In this document: in pieces, positions 1 through 7,207 of the stretch
How the letters are laid out: every line of letters starts with the position of its first letter
Position numbering within the stretch: position 1 is the first letter of the stretch
Assembly (NCBI RefSeq): GCF_009746125.1
Contig: NZ_CP041352.1
Coordinates: 367,847-399,846 of the forward strand
DNA length: 32,000 bases
Source of the DNA: Casimicrobium huifangae
Lineage (GTDB): Bacteria; Pseudomonadota; Gammaproteobacteria; Burkholderiales; Casimicrobiaceae
Direction of reading: 5' to 3'
Notes under the pieces: generated by a model
Seen by the model: only the letters and a program-made list of their open reading frames with translations
The model's database searches: none
Told to the model about the DNA's origin: nothing
Position numbers and translations under genes: made by a program

Positions 1-98
1 CAGGCCTTGCGCCAGACCATATCGCGGCCACAGACCGTGCAGGGCTTTACCGGCAACGATGCCTTATTGCCACGGAAGGAGTTGCGTTGTTGCGTCAT
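1..98 (-). CDS. DUF2256-like small zinc-ribbon protein, N-terminal part only (runs off the left edge)
   Basis: Not in the ORF track because it is too short within the window. The reverse strand from ATG (complement of 96-98) reads MTQQRNSFRGNKASLPVKPCTVCGRDMVWRKA. The K-x-C-x-x-C-G-R-x-x-x-W-R-K pattern matches my recollection of DUF2256. The ATG overlaps the TGA of the upstream MerR gene (ATGA at 95-98). Confidence 0.5.
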   Translation of the reverse strand, partial: MTQQRNSFRGNKASLPVKPCTVCGRDMVWRKA

Positions 99-1069
99 GC
101 TCCGGCTGTTTCTTTGCTGGACATGTGGAGCCGGGCATGCCGCGCGATATCGTCAACCGAGGCGATCAGGGTCACGCCCGCTGGCTCACGCCGAAGCCGC
201 CCGATCAACTCACCGACAGCCCACACCGGTATCGCCGCCGGCAGTGCCTCGCGCAGGGCCTCCAGGCTTGCCATTGCTATTTTCGGACTCAGCGACGCGG
301 CGAACGAGGGCACCACAACGGCCGCACCCAACTGGTTGGCCGCTGTCGCGATGTCGGCCACCGGTGCCTGCATGCCCAGCGACAGACAGTGCATTCCTTC
401 ACCGAGCAGCAAAGCCTCGGCAGCGAGCAGTGGCAGGTCGTCGGTGTCGTGCGGCAGCGTTGCCAGCACGGTTACGGCCTGCAGTTGCCCGGCGCCGGCA
501 GCGGGGCGCATGGCCAGCAGGCCGCGCGCCATCAGTAGCGTACGGCGAAGCTGCTCACGGCAGTAGCGTTCGGCGAAGGGAGGCATATCGCCATGCAGTC
601 GGGCATCGTCGATCTGTTCAAGCAAAGGCAGCATCACATCGCGAACGAACGCGGACAAGCCGCGCTGCAGCAGTGCTGCGGCGAGCGCCTGCGCCAGCAA
701 CTCGGTCTCGCAGGCGCGCGCATGCGCCATCAGCACGGTAACCACGCTGCCGGTTGCGAGGTTGTCGCCGGATTGGGAGGCAAGCCCTCCACGCGCAGTG
801 GCAGTTGCGCCGCGCGGGCGCGACAAGGCCAGCAGTTCAGCCTCCGTCAGCGTCAGCAAGCGGCCCGGTCGGTGCCCCGCGTCCATCAGGCGACGGATGG
901 TGCGCAGCCGCTCCACCTGCCTGGGCGGATACAGCCGTTCGCCGTTGCCATCGCGTAGGGGCGTCGGAAAGCCGTAGCGGCGTTCCCACACCCGAAGCAC
1001 GTCTTTCGACAAGCCGGTATCGCGCTCGACGGCACTGATGGTCAGGTGGGAGGTGATGGAAGCGGCCAA
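95..1069 (-). CDS. MerR-family transcriptional regulator with C-terminal cobalamin (B12)-binding domain (LitR/CarH-like)
   Basis: ORF 95..1249(-). MerR HTH: ISAVERDTGLSKDVLRVWERRYGFPTPLRDGNGERLYPPRQVERLRTIRRLMDAG. C-terminal B12-binding-like Rossmann segment: VTVLATLPHDTDDLPLLAAEALLLGEGMHCLSLGMQAPVADI. The HTH starts about 70 codons into the ORF with no ATG nearby, so I placed the start at an in-frame TTG (1069-1067). The start is uncertain and the ORF extends to 1249. Confidence 0.75.
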   Translation of the reverse strand: MAASITSHLTISAVERDTGLSKDVLRVWERRYGFPTPLRDGNGERLYPPRQVERLRTIRRLMDAGHRPGRLLTLTEAELLALSRPRGATATARGGLASQSGDNLATGSVVTVLMAHARACETELLAQALAAALLQRGLSAFVRDVMLPLLEQIDDARLHGDMPPFAERYCREQLRRTLLMARGLLAMRPAAGAGQLQAVTVLATLPHDTDDLPLLAAEALLLGEGMHCLSLGMQAPVADIATAANQLGAAVVVPSFAASLSPKIAMASLEALREALPAAIPVWAVGELIGRLRREPAGVTLIASVDDIARHARLHMSSKETAGA

Positions 1070-1334
1070 GGCGGATGCTCGGGTGGCGGAGGTTGTCGGG
1101 CCAGCTCGGTAGGCCTGTGCACAAAAGTCTAGGGGGCGGGGGCAGTTTTGTCCATGACAAACTCTGCTGGTCACGGTGAGCGTTGATGTCGTCCAGCGGG
1201 CGGCAAGGCCCTGCTGGCGACGCGTTTGAATTTCGCCCGGCAGACCCAATGTACCGCACTAGTGCAGAAAATTTGATGCGCTTGCTCTACTGTGGCGACC
1301 GTTGCGGCGCCCGGTCCGCCGCTAAACTACGCCC

Positions 1335-2171
1335 ATGAACGCTTTCGACCGCGCGCTGTATCAGGCGGCGCCCCCCAACGCTCTCGACGATACGCAGTCG
1401 CTGCCCGACGCGCGGCACCTGCCGATCCAGCGGGTGGGCATCAAGGCGCTGCGCTATCCGATGCAGATCGTCGCCGGCAACGGCGAGACGCAGGGCACGG
1501 TGGCAACCTTCGCCATGTACGTCGGCCTGCCGGAGCAGGTGAAGGGCACCCACATGTCGCGCTTCATCCAGTTGCTGGACGAAACCCGCGCCCCGCTTGA
1601 CGCCGCCGGTTTTCTCGCGCTGGAAAAGACCATGCGCCAGCGGCTGGAGGCCGAGACCGGTTACCTCGAAATGTCGTTTCCTTACTTCCGCCGCAAGGCC
1701 GCGCCGGTGTCGGGCGTGGAAAGCCTGCTCGACGCAGACGTCAAGCTGATCGCCGAGACCACCGCCACCCACGGCACCCGGCTGACACTGCAGGTAGTCG
1801 CCCCGGTGACCAGCCTGTGCCCGTGTTCGAAGAAGATCTCCGACTACGGCGCCCACAACCAGCGCTCGCACATCACCATCCGGGCCGAGGCTGGTCCGGC
1901 GCTCAGCGTTGATGCGCTGATCGACATCGCCGAGCGTGAAGCTTCCGCCGAGCTGTACGGCGTGCTCAAGCGCGCCGACGAAAAGTTCGTGACCGAACAG
2001 GCCTACGACAACCCGAAATTCGTCGAGGATCTGGTTCGCGACGTTGCGCTGGCCTGCCACTCGCACGAGCAGATCGGCGATTTCGTCGTTGCCAGCGAGA
2101 ACTTCGAGGCGATTCACAATCACTCGGCCTACGCCGAAATCTACGGTCGCGGCAAGCTGCCCGCCGCGTAA
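1335..2171 (+). CDS. folE2: GTP cyclohydrolase FolE2 (type IB)
   Basis: 278 aa with hallmark segments: LPIQRVGIKALRYPM, GTHMSRFIQLL, VTSLCPCSKKISDYGAHNQRSHITI, EDLVRDVA. Confidence 0.9.
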   Translation: MNAFDRALYQAAPPNALDDTQSLPDARHLPIQRVGIKALRYPMQIVAGNGETQGTVATFAMYVGLPEQVKGTHMSRFIQLLDETRAPLDAAGFLALEKTMRQRLEAETGYLEMSFPYFRRKAAPVSGVESLLDADVKLIAETTATHGTRLTLQVVAPVTSLCPCSKKISDYGAHNQRSHITIRAEAGPALSVDALIDIAEREASAELYGVLKRADEKFVTEQAYDNPKFVEDLVRDVALACHSHEQIGDFVVASENFEAIHNHSAYAEIYGRGKLPAA

Positions 2172-2196
2172 ATCGGCCTCAACATCCGACGCCCGC

Positions 2197-2226
2197 TTGC
2201 CGAACCAGAGAAAGTCTGGTTATAAT
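2197..2226 (+). promoter_or_regulatory. Sigma70-like promoter for tRNA-Lys
   Basis: TTGCCG (2197-2202), 18-nt spacer, perfect TATAAT (2221-2226). The tRNA 5' end lies 11 nt downstream of the -10 element. Confidence 0.6.
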
Positions 2227-2236
2227 GGAAGGCTTC

Positions 2237-2312
2237 GGGACGTTAGCTCAGTCGGTAGAGCAGCGGACTTTTAATCCGTTGGTCGGCAGTTCGAGCCTGC
2301 CACGTCCTACCA
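2237..2312 (+). tRNA. tRNA-Lys (anticodon UUU)
   Basis: 76 nt folded by hand into a cloverleaf: acceptor GGGACGT/ACGTCCT, D arm GCTC..GAGC, anticodon stem GCGGA/TCCGT with loop CT-TTT-AA (anticodon at 2270-2272), T arm GGCAG-TTCGAGC-CTGCC, encoded CCA. Close in layout to E. coli tRNA-Lys. Confidence 0.95.
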
Positions 2313-2349
2313 ATCGCCTTTGGGTGATTGCAAAAACAAAAAACAAAAT

Positions 2350-2372
2350 AGCCCGGTTTTCCGGGCTTTTTT
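2350..2372 (+). terminator. Rho-independent terminator after tRNA-Lys
   Basis: AGCCCGG-TTTT-CCGGGCT hairpin followed directly by a T-run (ccgggctttttt). Confidence 0.8.
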
Positions 2373-2719
2373 ACGTCCGTTACTGGCAACAGCCCCTTTA
2401 GCAAAGCCTCATCTGCAAAGGGCGAAAAGCGTCAAAAGCCGCAAAGTCGACATTTCGACAAATGGCCTGTCGAGCCCACCCACAAAGGGTTGCAACGCAA
2501 AGCTGATACGCGTGTGCTGCTGTTCAGTGTCTGCGATCCCGTCGCGCCTCTACCTGCACTCCCGCCCGCACGCGGGGGATCAAACGCTGAGCCTGAAGCG
2601 GATCGTGCGAGACGGTTCTCACCTGCCGGTGGATTGACTACACTCGCGGCAACCGGAGTCCATCCGATCAGACGCCAGCAGCGCAGGCGCATCGCGATGG
2701 AACGCAGAAGGGGACGATC

Positions 2720-3304
2720 ATGATTTGCCGCATCCACCTGCGTCGCGCCGGCGGCGCCCTGTCAGCTCTGGTGTTCGGGCTGGTGATGGCTGCTACCGCC
2801 ACCGCCCAGAGCAGCGAAATGCCAACCGTCGATGAGATCGTCGGCAAACTCAATGCTGCCGCACAGGGTAGCGCGCAACCTGCCCGCAAGAAGACCCGCG
2901 GCATCAGCCTCGATGGCACTGCCAGCAGCGGCGTCGAACGCGTTGAAAAGATCAATTCGACCAGCTACAGCGAAACCCGTATCCAGTTCGAGTTCGGCTC
3001 TGATCGCCTGACCGAGCAATCGCGGAACGTGCTCGACGTTTTCGCCTCGGCAATCATGTCGCCATCGCTGCAATCGATGAAGTTCGTCATTGAAGGCCAC
3101 ACTGATGGCGTCGGCAGCGATCAGTACAACCTCGACCTTTCACGCAAGCGCGCCACGGCGGTGATGCGCTATCTCACCAGCACCCGCGGCATTCCTGCCA
3201 AACGGCTGTCGGCACGCGGCAAGGGCAAACGCGAGCTGGCCAATCCGGACGAACCGGCGTCGGCAGAAAACCGTCGCGTCGCCTGGGTGCCACTGCGGGG
3301 ATAG
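2720..3304 (+). CDS. OmpA-family (OmpA/MotB C-terminal peptidoglycan-binding domain) secreted protein
   Basis: Signal peptide: ALSALVFGLVMAATATAQS. OmpA_C motifs: KFVIEGHTDGVGSDQYNLDLSRKRATAVMRYL, AKRLSARGKGKRELANPD, AENRRV. A GGGGA RBS lies 5 nt upstream of the ATG. Confidence 0.85.
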   Translation: MICRIHLRRAGGALSALVFGLVMAATATAQSSEMPTVDEIVGKLNAAAQGSAQPARKKTRGISLDGTASSGVERVEKINSTSYSETRIQFEFGSDRLTEQSRNVLDVFASAIMSPSLQSMKFVIEGHTDGVGSDQYNLDLSRKRATAVMRYLTSTRGIPAKRLSARGKGKRELANPDEPASAENRRVAWVPLRG

Positions 3305-3388
3305 CAAGGCGGCGGCGAGCATCGCCGCCACCCGCCCGCTGGCCACGATCACCGTTGTCCGGCAACACAGTTTTTGAGGGGGAACACC

Positions 3389-6300
3389 ATGTTGAATGCA
3401 CTGCACCGAAGTTGTTGGGCGGTAGCGATGTGCGCGTCCGTGCTGGCTGCCAGCTTCGCCGACGCGCAATCGACGTGGGCTGGCCGCAAGCTCGCCGCCG
3501 GTGAATTTTTCAGTGCACAGCTCGCCGCCGACGGCACCGTCTGGTCGTGGGGCGAGAACACCAATGGTGAGCTGGGCGACGGCACCGTGCTCAACCGCTC
3601 GCTCCCGACCCTCGCAATCGGGCTCGCCAATGTGACGTCAATTTCTGCCGGCAACAATCACATGCTGGCGCTGACCACCGGCGGCGATGTCTACGCATGG
3701 GGTGCCAACGATGACGGCCAGCTCGCCAGCAATCGCACCGCTCGGCTCGAAGTGCGGCCACTCAAGGTCAGCGCCCTGACCCAGGTCGTCGCAGTATCTG
3801 CCTACGGCAGCACCAGCGCGGCGGTGGCCGGCGGCAATGTCTGGCTCTGGGGGCGAGCGGTGACCCGCAGCGTGCCGGCGCGGATGACCGGCGCGGTGCA
3901 ATCTGGCGAAACGCCAATCGGCGTGGTGATCGGGCTGGACGCCGGCATCACCGTGCTCAGCAACCGCACCATGCGGGTGTGGAGCATGTCGCCCTCGCTC
4001 ACCAGTTCCTCAGCAATCGTGGCCCGCAGTGACGGCTCACCGCTCACCGGCGTGGTTCGGGTGGCGGGCGACGACACCACGTTTTATGCCGTCACCGACG
4101 ACGGCCAGGCGTGGAAATTCGGCGGCGCGGTTGCGGAGAAGATCACGCTGCCGGGATCAGTGGCGGCTGCCGACGTGGCTGCCGGGCGCGGACAGGTGGC
4201 GTGGGTCAGCGCCGCCGGCGCGATGTTCATGCAGGGTGACAACACCTTTGGCCAGCTTGGCATTTCGATCGTGTCCGGTGTCACCACCGCGCTGTCACAA
4301 GTGCAGAACATCAGCAACGCACGCGCCGTCGCCGCCAGCCGCTATCACACGGTGGCCAGCACCACCACTGGCAAATTGTTCGCGTGGGGATACAACGCAT
4401 TTGGCGAGCTGGGCAGCGGCGCCCGGCAATACGTCTCGGAGCCCCTGCACGCCATTGACCTTGGCAGCTACGCATTGGTGTCGCCCGGCCGCAAGCACAC
4501 GCTCGGCCTCGCCTCGGTGTCGCCATCCACGGGCGCCGGCGCGCTCTACGCCTGGGGTTCCAACGAAAACGGTCAGGCTGGTGCATCCCTATTTCTCACC
4601 GGCACCGTCGCCACGCCGGGGCGGGTGCTGTCCGGCACCCAGTTCATCGACGCATCGGCAGGCAATGCCCACTCTGCGGCGGTAGCGGAGGATGGTTCGG
4701 TCTACACCTTCGGCTCCAACGCGCAGGGCCAGCTGGGTAGCGGCACCTTTGGCGGGCAGGCGCAACCCGCCAAAATCAGTGGCGTGTCGGCAGTACGCGC
4801 GATCGCTGCAGGCGCACAGTCAACCCACGCATTGACCGCTGACGGCCAGATCTACAGCTGGGGCAATAACTCGTCCGCCCAGCTCGGCACCGGCACTGCC
4901 GATTCAAGCGCGTCACCGGTGCGCACACTGGCCCCCGGCAGCGCGCGCTACACCGCAGTCGTCGCTGCCGCCACCCATGTTGCGGCGCTCGCCAGCGATG
5001 GTGGCCTCTGGGTCTGGGGTGGCAATCGCTTTGGCCAGCTGGGCAACGGCAATATTGCGGTGGCCAGCGACGGCACGCCGAAACGGGTGAGCTTTCCTGA
5101 CGGCAGCACCGCCCGCGTGATGGCGGTGCGACTGGGTTTCAGTTCCACCCTTGCGCTGCGCGAGGATGGCACCGTGTGGCTGTGGGGCGAGACGCGACAG
5201 GGCGGCACGCCGACCTATTCACCGCAGCAGATGAGCGGTTTGCCGAAGATCGTGGCCATTGCCGCATCCGGCTATTCCTACTCGGCACTTGGCGTTGACG
5301 GCTCGCTCTGGGCGTGGGGACGCAATGCGTCGATCAGCCCCACCACCTTCCGCTCCACCATGTCGTTCGCGCAGGCCGCAGGCGGTCCGTTTGCCGATTC
5401 GATGTTTGCCCGCGACACCGGTGGCCGCTGGTGGGCAACCGGCTACAACGGCTATTCGCAACTGGGTCTCGGCGACCCGTCGCGGGTGCAGGAGACGCTG
5501 CCGATCGAGGTCTATCTGCCGTTTGCCAGCACCAGCACCGTCACCACCGTGCAGGAATTGTTTACCGACAAGATCGGCCCGGCCGGCGAGCGCTTCTTCC
5601 TCTCGGCCGACGTTGCCCAGTCCGGGCTGCTGGACACCCTCAAGGCTGCGGATGGCACCTACTTCTGGGGCCGCACCGGACGCGGCTTCCGGGCATGGCC
5701 CACGCGCGATGGCGCGCCGGCCAACGTCTCCGAGGTGTATCGCTTCTACTGCCTGTTCCCGGACGGCAAACCCAACACCCACTTCTACACTGCCAACCCG
5801 GCCGACAAGACGGCGCTGCAGGCCACCAACCCGACCAACGAAACCGGCAAGGGCTGCCGCTATGAGGGCGTTGCCTTCTACGCCGTCGCACCCAGCTTCA
5901 CCGCCTACACCGGTGCCGCGTCCGCCGGCTTGGTCGGCCAGAGCTGCCCGAGCGGCTACCAGCCGGTCTATCGCGCCTACAACAATCGCAGCAACCTCAA
6001 TGACGGCAACCACCGCATGAGCACCAGCTGGGTTGACCATCTGCGTGCCGTGCGCTATCTGGGCTACACCGACGAAGGCGTGGTGTTCTGTTCGCCGACG
6101 ACCACCGTTGCGGGCGGCGACCTGCACGCCTATCACTCCTATCCGGGGCCGGAGGTCAAGGCGGGCGACCGCATCCGGGTCGAATATGTGTTCGCCAACA
6201 ACGGGCCGGGGCATGGCAACGGCGCCCGTGTCAGTGCTGTGATCCCGACCGCAGTGACAGACTGGACCATGTCCTGTACGTCCCGCCTCGGCGGCATCTG

Positions 6301-7207
6301 CCCCGACGCCGGTTTCGCCGCGCTGCGCACCGGCGTCACGCTTGACGCACTGCCGGCCGGCGGTTCCGTCGTGTTCACCCTCAACGGTACCGCGCCATCA
6401 TTGCCTGCGGGTAGCACCGCCACCACCGAGCTGCGCTTTGCCAACTCGATCGTCGCTGCGGCCAGCGCTCCCGACGTCTACGACGCCAACGACACCACGC
6501 GCTACAGCAGTACCCAGGTGCGTGCCCCGCAGCTCTGCAGCTACGGGCTATCGGTGAATCAGGTAGCGATTGCCGCGGCGGGTGGCTCTGCCACGTCGGC
6601 GGTGGTAACCAACGCGGCCTGCGCGCTCAGCGCCAGCGTCACGGCGGCTACGCAGGGCGGCGTCGCCATTCCGTCGAGCTGGCTGACTGTCTCGCTGCCC
6701 AATGGCGCGACGGGTGCTGCGAACTTCGCCAACAACGTGGTCAAGGTCGTTGCCACGACCAATCCAGGCCCGCTGTCGCGCAGCGCCACGGTCACGGTGA
6801 ACGGTCAGGCGCTCACGGTCTTCCAGGAAGCGCCACCACCGGCAGTGCCGTCGAATTGCGTCAACCAGTTGCAACCGTCGAGCGAGCATGCTGCGGTCAC
6901 CGGCTACAACTCGCGGACGGTCGCTGTGTCTGCGCCGTCGCTCAACTGCCAGTGGAAAGCAGCGCCCGATGTTGACTGGATCACCATCGTGTCCACCGCC
7001 AACGGTACCGGCGCTGGACTGCTCACCTACGCCATCCTTGCCAACGCGACGGGCGCTGCGCGCTCCGGCCGCATCGTGATCGGCAACACCGCGCTCGAGA
7101 TCTATCAGGAGGGCACCGGCGGCGGTGGCGCAGAAGGCGGCGCTGGTGATGGTGGTGGCGAAGGCGGTGGCTCGTCAGGCGGCGAGGGCGGCAGCGCCGG
7201 GTCGTGA
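3389..7207 (+). CDS. Secreted multi-domain RCC1-repeat protein (RCC1 beta-propeller repeats, DUF5648-like, DUF11-like and BACON/Ig-like modules, Gly-rich tail)
   Basis: The track ORF starts at TTG 3374. ATG 3389 is preferred because GAGGGGGA lies just upstream. Signal peptide: CWAVAMCASVLAASFADA|QS. More than 10 RCC1-type repeats (WGxNxxGQLG: VWSWGENTNGELGDG, YAWGANDDGQLAS, FAWGYNAFGELGSG, YTFGSNAQGQLGSG, YSWGNNSSAQLGTG, WVWGGNRFGQLGNG). Later segments: HFYTANPADKTAL...CRYEGVAFYAV (DUF5648-like), VEYVFANNGPGHGNGARVSAVIP (DUF11-like) and two W..I/V all-beta modules. C-terminus: GGGGAEGGAGDGGGEGGGSSGGEGGSAGS. Confidence 0.8.
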   Translation: MLNALHRSCWAVAMCASVLAASFADAQSTWAGRKLAAGEFFSAQLAADGTVWSWGENTNGELGDGTVLNRSLPTLAIGLANVTSISAGNNHMLALTTGGDVYAWGANDDGQLASNRTARLEVRPLKVSALTQVVAVSAYGSTSAAVAGGNVWLWGRAVTRSVPARMTGAVQSGETPIGVVIGLDAGITVLSNRTMRVWSMSPSLTSSSAIVARSDGSPLTGVVRVAGDDTTFYAVTDDGQAWKFGGAVAEKITLPGSVAAADVAAGRGQVAWVSAAGAMFMQGDNTFGQLGISIVSGVTTALSQVQNISNARAVAASRYHTVASTTTGKLFAWGYNAFGELGSGARQYVSEPLHAIDLGSYALVSPGRKHTLGLASVSPSTGAGALYAWGSNENGQAGASLFLTGTVATPGRVLSGTQFIDASAGNAHSAAVAEDGSVYTFGSNAQGQLGSGTFGGQAQPAKISGVSAVRAIAAGAQSTHALTADGQIYSWGNNSSAQLGTGTADSSASPVRTLAPGSARYTAVVAAATHVAALASDGGLWVWGGNRFGQLGNGNIAVASDGTPKRVSFPDGSTARVMAVRLGFSSTLALREDGTVWLWGETRQGGTPTYSPQQMSGLPKIVAIAASGYSYSALGVDGSLWAWGRNASISPTTFRSTMSFAQAAGGPFADSMFARDTGGRWWATGYNGYSQLGLGDPSRVQETLPIEVYLPFASTSTVTTVQELFTDKIGPAGERFFLSADVAQSGLLDTLKAADGTYFWGRTGRGFRAWPTRDGAPANVSEVYRFYCLFPDGKPNTHFYTANPADKTALQATNPTNETGKGCRYEGVAFYAVAPSFTAYTGAASAGLVGQSCPSGYQPVYRAYNNRSNLNDGNHRMSTSWVDHLRAVRYLGYTDEGVVFCSPTTTVAGGDLHAYHSYPGPEVKAGDRIRVEYVFANNGPGHGNGARVSAVIPTAVTDWTMSCTSRLGGICPDAGFAALRTGVTLDALPAGGSVVFTLNGTAPSLPAGSTATTELRFANSIVAAASAPDVYDANDTTRYSSTQVRAPQLCSYGLSVNQVAIAAAGGSATSAVVTNAACALSASVTAATQGGVAIPSSWLTVSLPNGATGAANFANNVVKVVATTNPGPLSRSATVTVNGQALTVFQEAPPPAVPSNCVNQLQPSSEHAAVTGYNSRTVAVSAPSLNCQWKAAPDVDWITIVSTANGTGAGLLTYAILANATGAARSGRIVIGNTALEIYQEGTGGGGAEGGAGDGGGEGGGSSGGEGGSAGS

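Noticed and set aside
2237-2312. tRNA-Lys as the integration site of a genomic island
   Set aside because: No integrase follows the tRNA 3' end. I could not find a copy of the tRNA 3' segment (ttcgagcctgccacgtcctacca) at either island edge (10.9 kb, 26.3 kb, 28.7 kb) by visual scanning. The genes directly downstream are GC-rich like the core. A computational repeat search would be needed to be certain.
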